Shown here: in pieces, positions 15,784 to 24,462 of the stretch
How the letters are laid out: the number at the start of each line of letters is the position of its first letter
Numbering within the stretch: the first letter of the stretch is position 1
Origin: Acidimicrobiia bacterium
Lineage (GTDB): Bacteria; Actinomycetota; Acidimicrobiia; Spongiisociales; JAENVV01
Direction: 5' to 3'
DNA: 33,979 nucleotides
Assembly: GCA_040883295.1 (NCBI GenBank)
Contig: JBFLKR010000195.1
Span: 1 to 33,979, forward strand
Notes under the pieces: model-generated
Database searches by the model: none
Told to the model about the DNA's origin: nothing
What the model saw: only the letters and a program-made list of their open reading frames with translations
Position numbers and translations under genes: made by a program

Positions 15784-16446
15784 ATGGTCAGGATCGCCAC
15801 CGCCGACGGGAGCGGGCTCGCTGCCCGGCTCCGCACCGAGACCGCCGAGGACCACCGGCGTGCCGAGACCTCGTCGTTCGTCACCGACCTGCTGGACGGG
15901 GCGCTGGGGGTGTCGGACTACGCGCGGCTGGCCGTCCAGCACCACGCCATCTACGGCGAGCTGGAGCGGGCCGTCGCCGCCAACGACGACCCCGACCTCG
16001 AGCCGCTCCTCGCCCCCGAGCTCACCCGGCTGGGGGCCCTCGAGGCCGACCTCCGGTTCCTGCTCGGCGACGACTGGGCCTCGGAGGCAGAGGTGCTGCC
16101 GGCCACCCGGGCCTACGTGGACCACCTGGCCGAGGTGTGCGCCACCCCCGAGGGGCTCCTCGCCCACCACTACCTCCGCTACCTCGGCGACCTGTCGGGC
16201 GGCCAGCTGATCCGCCGGGTGCTCGACCGGGTGTACGGCTTCGCCGACGGGCAGGGCACGGCCTTCTACCGGTTCGAGGCGATCCCCGACCCGAAGGGCT
16301 TCAAGGCCGCCTACCGCGACCACCTCGATGCCCTCGACTGGTCGCCCGAGCGCCAGCAGCGGGTGGTGGACGAGGTGGCCGCCGGCTTCGCGGCCACCAA
16401 GGCCGTCTTCGACGACCTCGCCGCCGAGACCGTCCCGACGATCTGA
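15784..16446 (+). CDS. hmuO: Heme oxygenase (HmuO/HO-1 family, biliverdin-producing)
   Basis: Contains LRTETAEDHRRAETSSF and HHYLRYLGDLSGGQLI motifs. The start is ATG 15784, or possibly 15775. Confidence 0.85.
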   Translation: MVRIATADGSGLAARLRTETAEDHRRAETSSFVTDLLDGALGVSDYARLAVQHHAIYGELERAVAANDDPDLEPLLAPELTRLGALEADLRFLLGDDWASEAEVLPATRAYVDHLAEVCATPEGLLAHHYLRYLGDLSGGQLIRRVLDRVYGFADGQGTAFYRFEAIPDPKGFKAAYRDHLDALDWSPERQQRVVDEVAAGFAATKAVFDDLAAETVPTI

Positions 16447-16552
16447 CCGCTCGACGTCCCGGGCGGTTCGACCCGCAACGGACGACGCCGATGGGCCTTG
16501 GGCGACGGCGACGTGGACGGACGCGGGGCGCCCGGCCGGTCGTCGCGTCGGG

Positions 16553-18010
16553 TCAGGTCCCTGCGGTGATCGCTTCGGCGACCGCGTCGAAGAGCTGACT
16601 CGCCTGGTCCCCGGAGTCACCGATGGCGGTCACCCCGAAGCGGCCGTCGATGGCGAGACACGACAGCATGTGGGGCACGACGCCGGTCCTGGTGTCGGGG
16701 TCGAACAACAGGCCGGCGGTTCCCAGTGCCGCGATGACCTCCCCTTCCCCGATGCCGGTCCAGCGTTCGTCGTGGAGGTTGTCCGACGCGACGTAGCTCT
16801 TCTGGCGGCCGCGATCGTCGGTGTACCGGCCGGTTGCCGGGTCGTAGGCGCCCGGTGCGAGGTGACGGAGGACGGTGAACGGGTGCGTCGTCCCACCCTT
16901 GCGGATGTTGGCCTCGAGGGCGTGGACACGCCATGGCCCGTCGTCGTCGGCCGACGTCACGAAGTCGACGGCCACACGTCCGATGACACCCCGCTCGGCC
17001 AGGGCCCGTCCTGCCGCCGTGGCGTGGGTGCCGAGATCCGCGGCGTAGGCCGCATCGGCCGGGAAGACGCAGCCGAGGTACACCTGGCCATCGTCGCCGA
17101 GCACCTGTTCATGGGTGGACAGCACCCGCACGGCCCCATCCGGAGCCAGGTCGATCTGCGCGCTCGGGCTGGAGAAGTGCGTGCCGGCGATCCGCTCCTC
17201 CACGACGAAGCCGAGCCTGAGGTCGTCGATGTACCAGGAGTCGAGCGAGTTGACCCTGCTGCGCAGCCGTCGTCGGGACAGCACGGAGCCCGCCGGTTCG
17301 AGGTCGTCGACGCGGATGACGGCATTCCCGTCACCGGCGCCGGAGTCGTCGTGTTTCAGGATCACGGACGCCATCGCGGGTCGCTCGGTTCGAAGCCGAT
17401 CGATCGCATCCACGGCCTGGTCGACCGTCTCGAGGTGCTCGAATCCGGCCGGGACCGGGACACCGGCATCGCGGAAGATGGTGCGGCCGGAGCTCTTGAA
17501 ACCCAAGGGCCAGAGCGTCGGACTCGTCCCGTTGATGGGCACGCCCAACCGGAGCGCCACCTCCATCTCGGGAGCGGCGACGTTCCACGGTTCGATGTGT
17601 GCCGGGTCGTCCCCGATCCAGGAGCGGATCGCCTCGATCAGGTCGGGGCGATCGAGCAGTTTCGAGGCGACCGCCCTCGCGCTGGCGTCGTCGACGACGA
17701 CGATTCGGAACCGGTCTCGGACCGTTGCGGCCATGTCCGGGGGCATGAGCGAGAGGTAGTGGTCCACGACGTCGTCGGATGGAGCGGCGGAGCAGACGTA
17801 CAGGACCCGGACGGCCGGGAAGCGCAGCATGAAGAGCGACCCAAGGAACCGGTGCTCGAGCGCCGGGAGCCGGCTGGCGTAGTGCGAGAGGAGCGATTCC
17901 CCGACGCTGAACGACGGGAGGACCACCACCACGTGTGGCTCGGTGGAGTCGGCGACGTTCCGCTCGAGGGCCTCGGCCAACCTGGTCTGCAGCAGACCGA
18001 ACTCGTCCAT
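16553..18010 (-). CDS. ATP-grasp ligase of the PGM1-like (pre-ATP-grasp plus PGM1 C-terminal) type
   Basis: Contains VVVLPSFSVGESLL...LEHRFL, ILKHDDSGAGDGNAV, SSPSAQIDLAPDG..STHEQVLG, GRVAVDFV and ALEANIRKGGTTHPF. Family assignment is from memory of family motifs, not from a search. Confidence 0.7.
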   Translation of the reverse strand: MDEFGLLQTRLAEALERNVADSTEPHVVVVLPSFSVGESLLSHYASRLPALEHRFLGSLFMLRFPAVRVLYVCSAAPSDDVVDHYLSLMPPDMAATVRDRFRIVVVDDASARAVASKLLDRPDLIEAIRSWIGDDPAHIEPWNVAAPEMEVALRLGVPINGTSPTLWPLGFKSSGRTIFRDAGVPVPAGFEHLETVDQAVDAIDRLRTERPAMASVILKHDDSGAGDGNAVIRVDDLEPAGSVLSRRRLRSRVNSLDSWYIDDLRLGFVVEERIAGTHFSSPSAQIDLAPDGAVRVLSTHEQVLGDDGQVYLGCVFPADAAYAADLGTHATAAGRALAERGVIGRVAVDFVTSADDDGPWRVHALEANIRKGGTTHPFTVLRHLAPGAYDPATGRYTDDRGRQKSYVASDNLHDERWTGIGEGEVIAALGTAGLLFDPDTRTGVVPHMLSCLAIDGRFGVTAIGDSGDQASQLFDAVAEAITAGT

Positions 18011-18016
18011 CGTCGG

Positions 18017-18022
18017 AGCCTA
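18017..18022 (-). promoter_or_regulatory. -10 hexamer TAGGCT, 6 nt before the ATP-grasp ATG (leaderless candidate)
   Basis: The minus strand reads TAGGCT-ccgacg-ATG. Confidence 0.4.
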
Positions 18023-18141
18023 GGACCCGCCGTGGTCGGGGCCACGGCTTCGTCGCAGCCCCGAAACCGGCGCTGGGTCTGGTCCCGGGTGCCATCCCAC
18101 GGGCCCCCGGGGCCCCACCGAGTCTTGTCACACCCGACCCG

Positions 18142-18147
18142 TACGGT
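18142..18147 (+). promoter_or_regulatory. -10 hexamer TACGGT, 6 nt before the comM ATG (leaderless candidate)
   Basis: Reads TACGGT-cgggcc-ATG. Confidence 0.4.
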
Positions 18148-18153
18148 CGGGCC

Positions 18154-19614
18154 ATGCCAGCCGTCATGACCGCCGCCCTCGTCGGCGCCGAGGCCCGCCC
18201 CGTCGCCGTGGAGGCCGATCTCACCGGCGTCCAGGAGGGGTTCTCCGTCGTCGGCCTACCCGACGCCGCCGTCCGCGAAGCCCGACTCCGGGTCCAGTCC
18301 GCCGTCACCGCCTCGGGCTGTCGCCTGCCCCGGGGTCGCAAGCTCGTGAACCTGTCGCCCGCCGACATCCGCAAGGAGGGCGCTGCCTATGACCTGCCCA
18401 TCGCCCTCGCCGCCCTCGTGATGGCCCGGGAGATCCCGCCCCGCCCGGTGGTGGCGATGGGCGAACTCGGGCTCGAGGGCTCGGTGCGACCGGTGGCGAG
18501 TGCGGTCGCCGCCGGGGTCGTGGCCGCCGCGACCGGGGTGCCGTGCGTCGTGCCCCGCGAGTTGGCAGCGGCCGTGGCCGGGCTCACCGGCGCCGACACC
18601 CGCCCGGTCGGCTCGCTCGCCGAAGCCATCGCGGTGCTGGAGGGCGGTGGCCCGGCCCCGGTCTCCGACGACGAGGCGCCCGACCCCGACGACGACGTGC
18701 CAGACCTCGCCCAGGTGCGGGGCCAGGCGGCCGCCCGCAGGGCCGTGGAGGTGGCGGCCGCGGGTGGCCACCACCTGTTGCTCACCGGACCGCCCGGCGC
18801 CGGCAAGAGCCTGCTCGCCGCCTGCCTGCCGGGCCTGTTGCCACCACTCGCCACCCGTGAGCGACTCGAGGTGGCGCTCATCCGGGCCGCCGCCGGGCTG
18901 CCACCCCGGGGCCGGTGCCGCCCGTTACGGGCGCCCCCCCACTCGGCCTGGGAGGCGGCGCTGCTCGGTGGCGGACCCGGGGCCGCCAGCCCGGGGGAGG
19001 TCTCCCTCGCCCACCGAGGGGTGCTGTTCCTCGACGAACTCGGCGAATTCCCCGCTCGCCTGCTCGATGGTCTCCGCCAGCCCCTCGAGCAGCGGGTCGT
19101 GCACGTGGCCCGACGGGGGGCGTCGGCCACCTTCCCGGCCGACGTGCAGCTCGTGGCGGCCACCAACCCCTGCCCGTGTGGTCACCTCGGCGATCGCACG
19201 AACCCGTGTCGCTGCAGCGCGGCGCTCGTCGACCGTTATGCCAGGCGGCTGTCGGGTCCCCTCCTCGACCGCATCGACCTGCGGGTGGGGGTCACCGCCG
19301 TGCCGTCCGACGAGCTCCTCGGACCGCCCGGCGAAGCCACCGAGGCCGTGCGCCGTCGGGTCGTGGCGGCCCGGACGCGGCAGGCGGCCAGGGGTTCGAT
19401 CAACGCCCACCTCGACCGCCCCGCCCTCGACGGCCTGGTCGTCACGACCGAGGCCGACGCCTTGTTGGCCCAGGCCGTGGGCTCGGGGACGCTCACCGCC
19501 CGGGGCTTCGATCGGGTGCGACGGGTCGCCCGTACGGTCGCCGACCTCGCCGACCGGGACGTGGTCGAGGCCGACGACGTGGCCGAGGCCCTGGTGTTGC
19601 GAGGTGGCCGGTGA
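18154..19614 (+). CDS. comM: YifB/ComM family Mg-chelatase-like ATPase
   Basis: Has an N-terminal Lon-protease-like domain, the Walker A motif GPPGAGKS, VLFLDELGEF, and the CPCG...CRC zinc-motif region. Confidence 0.9.
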   Translation: MPAVMTAALVGAEARPVAVEADLTGVQEGFSVVGLPDAAVREARLRVQSAVTASGCRLPRGRKLVNLSPADIRKEGAAYDLPIALAALVMAREIPPRPVVAMGELGLEGSVRPVASAVAAGVVAAATGVPCVVPRELAAAVAGLTGADTRPVGSLAEAIAVLEGGGPAPVSDDEAPDPDDDVPDLAQVRGQAAARRAVEVAAAGGHHLLLTGPPGAGKSLLAACLPGLLPPLATRERLEVALIRAAAGLPPRGRCRPLRAPPHSAWEAALLGGGPGAASPGEVSLAHRGVLFLDELGEFPARLLDGLRQPLEQRVVHVARRGASATFPADVQLVAATNPCPCGHLGDRTNPCRCSAALVDRYARRLSGPLLDRIDLRVGVTAVPSDELLGPPGEATEAVRRRVVAARTRQAARGSINAHLDRPALDGLVVTTEADALLAQAVGSGTLTARGFDRVRRVARTVADLADRDVVEADDVAEALVLRGGR

Positions 19615-20639
19615 GTGCCCGGGAGGCCCGCATCCGGCTCGCCTTCGTCGGCATGCACCCCTCGAGGCGGCGGGAGCTGGAGGCGCGCCTTGGCCCCGAG
19701 GGGCTGGTCGAGGCCATCCTCCGGCGGCGGGTCGAGGTCCCCGACCGGGCGGTGGCGGCCGCGGGCGTTGCCGCCGACGAGCGACTGCGGGGGCTCGGCG
19801 ACGTGCGACTCGTGCTCGCCGGGGACGACGACTATCCGGTGGCCCTCGCCGAGCTCCCCGACCGGCCCGATGCGCTCTTCGTCCGCGGTCCGCTGCCGAA
19901 CGGCCCGGCGGTGGCCATCGTCGGGTCACGTCGGGCCACCCGGTACGGAGTGGGACTCGCCCGGGCCCTGGCCGGGGCCCTCGGGCGGGCCGGTTGGCCG
20001 ATCGTGTCCGGGCTGGCTGCAGGTATCGATGGCGCCGCCCATCGGGGGGCCCTCGACGTGGCCGCGCCGACGGTGGCGGTACTCGGCAACGGACCCGACC
20101 GGTGGTACCCGGCGGCTCATCGGGCGATCGGGGAGGAGATCCTCGGGCACGGTGGTGCCGTGGTGACCGAGTACGCCCCGGGCGCCCCACCCGCCCCCTG
20201 GCGGTTCCCCCTCCGGAACCGCATCATCTCAGGGCTCTCGGTGGCGGTCGTGGTCGTGGAGGCTGCCACCACCGGCGGAGCCCTGATCACCGCTCGCTCG
20301 GCCGCCGCCCAGGGTCGGGAGGTGCTGGCCGTGCCCGGCGACATCGACCGACCCACCTCGGCGGGAGCCAATGCCCTCATCGCGGACGGCGCCATCCCCG
20401 TGACCTCGATAGACGACGCCGTCGAAGCCATGTCACTGCTCACGGGTCGGCGTCCGGCCGCCACCCGGGCCGACCCACTCGGTGACCTGCTCGGGCCGGC
20501 CGGGGCCACCTTCGACGAGCTCGTGGCCGCGACCGGGGAGGGCCTCGGACGGGTGCTGGCCACAGTCGGGCGGTGGGAGGTCGAGGGGCTCGTCGCAGTG
20601 GAGGGCGACCGGGTCGTGCCTCGTCGTCTTCCGGCCTGA
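19611..20639 (+). CDS. dprA: DNA processing protein DprA
   Basis: Contains IVGSRRATRYG, SGLAAGIDGAAHRGAL and FPLRNRIISGLS motifs. GTG 19611 overlaps the comM stop (GTGA). Confidence 0.9.
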   Translation: MSAREARIRLAFVGMHPSRRRELEARLGPEGLVEAILRRRVEVPDRAVAAAGVAADERLRGLGDVRLVLAGDDDYPVALAELPDRPDALFVRGPLPNGPAVAIVGSRRATRYGVGLARALAGALGRAGWPIVSGLAAGIDGAAHRGALDVAAPTVAVLGNGPDRWYPAAHRAIGEEILGHGGAVVTEYAPGAPPAPWRFPLRNRIISGLSVAVVVVEAATTGGALITARSAAAQGREVLAVPGDIDRPTSAGANALIADGAIPVTSIDDAVEAMSLLTGRRPAATRADPLGDLLGPAGATFDELVAATGEGLGRVLATVGRWEVEGLVAVEGDRVVPRRLPA

Positions 20640-20663
20640 CGCGGCCGAGCGGGCTCGGCTCGG

Positions 20664-20669
20664 TACACT
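20664..20669 (+). promoter_or_regulatory. -10 hexamer TACACT upstream of the sigma factor gene, within the 14-mer CGGTACACTCGCCG
   Basis: The same 14-mer occurs at 21505-21518 upstream of rpsB. It is preceded by the hairpin GCCGAGC-GG-GCTCGGC (20645-20660). Confidence 0.35.
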
Positions 20670-20703
20670 CGCCGATGGCCCTTCCGGGCCGGGACACACC
20701 TGC

Positions 20704-21480
20704 ATGGATACCGACACGAGCCTCGCCCCCAACATCATCGACACGCTCTGGTCTCGTTTCAAGGAGACCGGGGACGAGGCGGCGCGTGAAGGACTCATCC
20801 TCCACTACTCGGCGCTCGTCAAGTTCGTGGCCGGCCGGGTGGGCTCCGGGCTGCCCCGCACCGTCGACCAGAACGACCTGGTGTCGTACGGGGTCTTCGG
20901 GCTCATCGACGCCATCGACAAGTTCGAGCCCGAGCGCGGGTTCAAGTTCGAGACCTATGCGATTCCCCGCATCCGCGGCGCCATCCTCGACGAACTGCGG
21001 GCCCTCGATTGGGTGCCCCGCTCGGTGCGGGCCCGGGCGCGGGAGATCGAGCGGACCATCACCGAGTTGGAGCACAAGCTCGGCCGAGCGCCGTCGGACG
21101 AGGAGATCGCCTCGGCCATGGACGTCCCGGTCGACCAGTTGCGCGACCACCTCGGCGAGATCTCGGTGTCGGGGTTCGTGGCCCTCGACGAGTCGCCGGG
21201 CCACACGGGCGAGGCCCCCTCATTGGGTGAGCGACTGCCCGACCCTCGAGGGATCAGTCCCGAGGCGGCCTTCGCCGACGTCGAGAACAAACGGCTGCTC
21301 GCCGACGCGATCAACCGGCTCCCCGAGCGGGACCGACTCGTGCTCACGCTCTACTACTACGAGGGCCTCACCCTGGCCGAGATCGGCGGGGTGCTCGGCG
21401 TGACCGAGTCCCGGATCTGTCAGATCCACACGAAGTCGGTCATGAGTCTCCGCAACCGCCTTATCGAGCGCGGCCAGTAG
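20704..21480 (+). CDS. whiG: FliA/WhiG-family RNA polymerase sigma factor
   Basis: Has region 2 ([34 protein letters not shown]) and region 4 ([29 protein letters not shown]). The location next to rpsB matches Streptomyces. Confidence 0.85.
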   Translation: MDTDTSLAPNIIDTLWSRFKETGDEAAREGLILHYSALVKFVAGRVGSGLPRTVDQNDLVSYGVFGLIDAIDKFEPERGFKFETYAIPRIRGAILDELRALDWVPRSVRARAREIERTITELEHKLGRAPSDEEIASAMDVPVDQLRDHLGEISVSGFVALDESPGHTGEAPSLGERLPDPRGISPEAAFADVENKRLLADAINRLPERDRLVLTLYYYEGLTLAEIGGVLGVTESRICQIHTKSVMSLRNRLIERGQ

Positions 21481-21507
21481 CGGGTTCGCCCACCCACGGC
21501 CCGCCGG

Positions 21508-21513
21508 TACACT
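21508..21513 (+). promoter_or_regulatory. -10 hexamer TACACT for rpsB, implying a GC-rich 5' leader of about 120 nt
   Basis: Lies within the CGGTACACTCGCCG 14-mer. GAGGAG lies 6 nt before ATG 21642. Confidence 0.35.
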
Positions 21514-21641
21514 CGCCGGCAACGACACACGTCCGGGTCGTACTCCCATGGTCGGGCCTCGTGCCTGCGGGAGGGCGCCACGCGCCGGCCCTCGGGCCGC
21601 CCGGGCGGAGGCAGAACCTAAACCAACATGAGGAGACGACG

Positions 21642-22370
21642 ATGGCGAGTGTGACCATCAAGCAGCTCCTGGAGGCCGGCGTCCACTTCGGCCACCAGAC
21701 CCGACGGTGGAATCCCGCCATGGCGCCGTTCCTGTACGGCGAGCGCGGCGGGATCCACATCATCGACCTTCGCAAGACGGCAGAGCTCGTCGAGGCGGCC
21801 ACGGCGAACGTGCGCAAGACCGTCGCCGAGGGCGGCACGGTGCTCTTCGTCGGGACGAAGAAGCAGGTCCAGGCGGCGATCGCCGAGGAGGCCACCCGGG
21901 CAGGCATGCCCTACGTGAACTACCGCTGGCTCGGCGGGATGCTCACGAACTTCCAGACGATCAAGAAGCGCATCGCCTACATGCGCGAACTCGAGCGGAT
22001 GGACCAGTCCGGCGAGATGGAGGGCCTCCCCAAGAAGGAGCGCCTGCGGCTCCGTCGGGAGCTCGAGAAGCTCCAGCGCAACCTCGGCGGCGTCGCCGAG
22101 CTCCAGCGCCAGCCCCAGATCGTGTTCATCGTCGACACCAACATCGAGCACATCGCCGTCGGCGAGGCGCGGCGCCTGGGCATCCCGATCGTCGCCCTCC
22201 TCGACTCCAACAGCGACCCCGACGGGATCGACTGGCCGATCCCGGGCAACGACGATGCCGTGCGGTCGGCCCAGCTCATCGCGTCGGTGATCGCCGACGC
22301 CTGTGTCGCCGCCCGCCAGCAGGTCGAGTCAACCGAGATGGCGGCGGCCGAGACCGCCGGCGACGAGTAG
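21642..22370 (+). CDS. rpsB: 30S ribosomal protein S2
   Basis: Begins [25 protein letters not shown]. Confidence 0.95.
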   Translation: MASVTIKQLLEAGVHFGHQTRRWNPAMAPFLYGERGGIHIIDLRKTAELVEAATANVRKTVAEGGTVLFVGTKKQVQAAIAEEATRAGMPYVNYRWLGGMLTNFQTIKKRIAYMRELERMDQSGEMEGLPKKERLRLRRELEKLQRNLGGVAELQRQPQIVFIVDTNIEHIAVGEARRLGIPIVALLDSNSDPDGIDWPIPGNDDAVRSAQLIASVIADACVAARQQVESTEMAAAETAGDE

Positions 22371-22378
22371 GAGGAGCC

Positions 22379-22990
22379 GTGCCCGACTTCACCGCCAAGG
22401 ACGTCCAGCGCCTCCGGCAGTCAGCCGGGGTCGGGATGATGGACGCCAAGCAGGCCCTCACCGAGACCGGTGGGGACCTCGACGCCGCCATGACGCTCCT
22501 CCGGGAGCGGGGCCTGGCCAAGATGGCCAAGCGGGCCGACCGTGAGGCGTCGGAGGGGACCATCGGGTCCTACCTGCACACCCAGGGCGACCGGGTCGTG
22601 ACCGGGGTGCTGGTCCTGCTCGCCTCCGAGACCGACTTCGTGGCCAAGAGCCCCGAGTTCGCCGAAGCCGCCCGCGACATCGCCATGCACATCGCGTGGG
22701 CCAATCCCCGCTACCTCAGCCGCGAGGACGTGCCCGCCGACGTCGTCGCCGCCGAGGAGGACATCATCGCCAAGCAGGCGGCGAACGAGGGCAAGCCCGA
22801 GGACGTCGTCCCCCGCATCGTCGAGGGCCGCATCACCAAGTTCTACGAGGAGCAGGTGCTGTTGGAGCAGACCTTCGTGAATGCCGAGAAGTTCGAAGGC
22901 ACCGTCGGGGAGCTCGTCAGCCAGCTGGCCATCACCATGGGCGAGAACATCTCCATCCGCGACTTCTCCCGCCTGGCCGTAGGGGAGTGA
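22379..22990 (+). CDS. tsf: Elongation factor Ts (short form, 203 aa)
   Basis: Contains [37 protein letters not shown] (UBA-like N-terminus). GGAGGAG precedes GTG 22379. Confidence 0.9.
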   Translation: MPDFTAKDVQRLRQSAGVGMMDAKQALTETGGDLDAAMTLLRERGLAKMAKRADREASEGTIGSYLHTQGDRVVTGVLVLLASETDFVAKSPEFAEAARDIAMHIAWANPRYLSREDVPADVVAAEEDIIAKQAANEGKPEDVVPRIVEGRITKFYEEQVLLEQTFVNAEKFEGTVGELVSQLAITMGENISIRDFSRLAVGE

Positions 22991-22992
22991 CG

Positions 22993-23715
22993 GTGGCCGA
23001 AGGACGCCGGCGCGTCCTGCTCAAGCTCTCGGGCGAGTCGTTCGCCGACCCCGAGACCCGCTACGGCATCGATCCCGAGACCGTCGCCCGGGTCGCCGAC
23101 GAGGTGGGCGAAGCCGTCGAGTCCGGCGTCGAGGTGGCAATCGTCGTCGGTGGCGGGAACATCTTCCGTGGCGTCTCCAGCGCCGCCCGGGGCATGGATG
23201 CCGCCTCGGCCGACTACATGGGGATGCTCGCCACGATGATCAACGCCCTCGCCATGCGGGAGGGCCTCGAGGCCCGCGGGATCGACACTCGCGTGCAGTC
23301 GGCGATCGAGATGCGCCAGCTCGCCGAGCCGTACATCCGGCTGCGGGCCATCCGCCACCTCGAGAAGGGCCGCGTCGTCGTGTTCGGCGCCGGCACCGGC
23401 AACCCCTTCTTCACGACCGACACCGCCGCCGCCCTTCGGGCGGTCGAGGTGGGCGCCGACGTGGTGCTCAAGGCGACGATGGTGGACGGCATCTACGATG
23501 CCGACCCCGCCAGCCATCCCGATGCGCACCTGTTCGACCAACTCACCTACCTCGACGTGATCTCCCGTGAACTCCAGGTGATGGACAGCACCGCCGTTAC
23601 GCTGTGCAAGGAGAACGGGCTCGACATCCGCGTGTTCAACATCGGCGTCCCGGGCAACATCACCCGGGCCCTGTTGGGCGAGTCCGTCGGAACGCTGGTG
23701 ACCACGACGGGATGA
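22993..23715 (+). CDS. pyrH: UMP kinase
   Basis: Contains [19 protein letters not shown] and [17 protein letters not shown] motifs. Confidence 0.95.
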   Translation: MAEGRRRVLLKLSGESFADPETRYGIDPETVARVADEVGEAVESGVEVAIVVGGGNIFRGVSSAARGMDAASADYMGMLATMINALAMREGLEARGIDTRVQSAIEMRQLAEPYIRLRAIRHLEKGRVVVFGAGTGNPFFTTDTAAALRAVEVGADVVLKATMVDGIYDADPASHPDAHLFDQLTYLDVISRELQVMDSTAVTLCKENGLDIRVFNIGVPGNITRALLGESVGTLVTTTG

Positions 23716-23719
23716 GCAC

Positions 23720-24271
23720 ATGATCGACGAACTCCTCACCGATGCCGCCGAGCGGATGGAAGCCGCCGTCGAGCACACGATGGCGGAGTTCAGCACGGTT
23801 CGCACCGGTCGTGCCAACCCCCAGATCCTCCAGCGGGTCCACGTCGAGTACTACGGCACGCGCACCCCGCTCCAGCAGCTCGCCTCCATCTCGGTCCCCG
23901 AGCCACGCCTGCTGCTCGTCCAGCCGTTCGATCGTTCCACGTTGGGCGACGTCGAGAAGGCGATCATGGAAGCCGACCTCGGCCTCTCCCCGTCGAACGA
24001 CGGCACCGTCATCCGCCTGGCGTTCCCGACGCTCACCGAGGAGCGACGCAGGGACCTCATCCGTGTGGCGCGCCAGATGGCCGAGGAGGGGCGGGTCTCG
24101 GTCCGCCAGGTCCGTCGCTCCGTCAAGGATGACATCGAGTCGCTGGCCGGTGACGTGTCCGACGATGACATCCGGCGCGCCGAGAAGCGCCTCCAGGACC
24201 TCACCGACGAGCACACCGATCGCATCGACAAGCTGCTCGCCACCAAGGAAGCCGACCTGCTGGAGGTCTGA
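23720..24271 (+). CDS. frr: Ribosome recycling factor
   Basis: Contains RTGRANPQILQRVHVEYYG and LTEERRRDL motifs. Confidence 0.95.
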   Translation: MIDELLTDAAERMEAAVEHTMAEFSTVRTGRANPQILQRVHVEYYGTRTPLQQLASISVPEPRLLLVQPFDRSTLGDVEKAIMEADLGLSPSNDGTVIRLAFPTLTEERRRDLIRVARQMAEEGRVSVRQVRRSVKDDIESLAGDVSDDDIRRAEKRLQDLTDEHTDRIDKLLATKEADLLEV

Positions 24272-24273
24272 CG

Positions 24274-24462
24274 GTGACCGATCGACCGACCGACGAGACC
24301 GACGCGGGGCCCGCCGACGGGGCCCCGCCCGGCGATGGCGCGGACACGTTCAGCCTGCCCGGCCGCGGGGGCCCCCCCCGCGGGGCCCCCGACCGGCGAT
24401 GGCGAGGACACGTTCAGCCTGCCCGGCCTCGGCGCCACCGCCGAGGCTCTCGAGTCCGGTGA
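24274..24462 (+). other. SD-preceded 5' ORF fragment that appears to be the authentic N-terminus of cdsA in a different frame
   Basis: GGAGG lies 7 nt before GTG 24274, 2 nt after the frr stop. The ORF encodes ...GDGADTFSLPG. The same peptide motif (GDGEDTFSLPG) recurs 64 nt later in the cdsA frame. Confidence 0.6.
24318..24428 (+). repeat. Imperfect tandem duplication (offset 63 nt at the 5' end, 64 nt at the 3' end) around a C8 and a C5 tract
   Basis: GGCGATGGCG(C/A)GGACACGTTCAGCCTGCCCGGCC occurs at 24331-24364 and 24395-24428. The C8 tract is at 24372-24379. The C5 tract at 24386-24390 corresponds to C4 in copy 1. Confidence 0.9.

Noticed and set aside
5860-18153. The accessory insertions considered as classical mobile genomic islands or prophage remnants.
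   Set aside because: No integrase, transposase, recombinase, tRNA attachment site or long direct repeats are visible. Only the 82-nt inverted repeats around cofG hint at mobility.
24335-24337. ATG 24335 as the genuine cdsA start, with no frameshift.
   Set aside because: This is not excluded but judged less likely. ATG 24335 has no SD or -10 signal and poorer GC3 in its first 18 codons. An SD-coupled GTG 61 nt upstream encodes the same repeated peptide motif in another frame.
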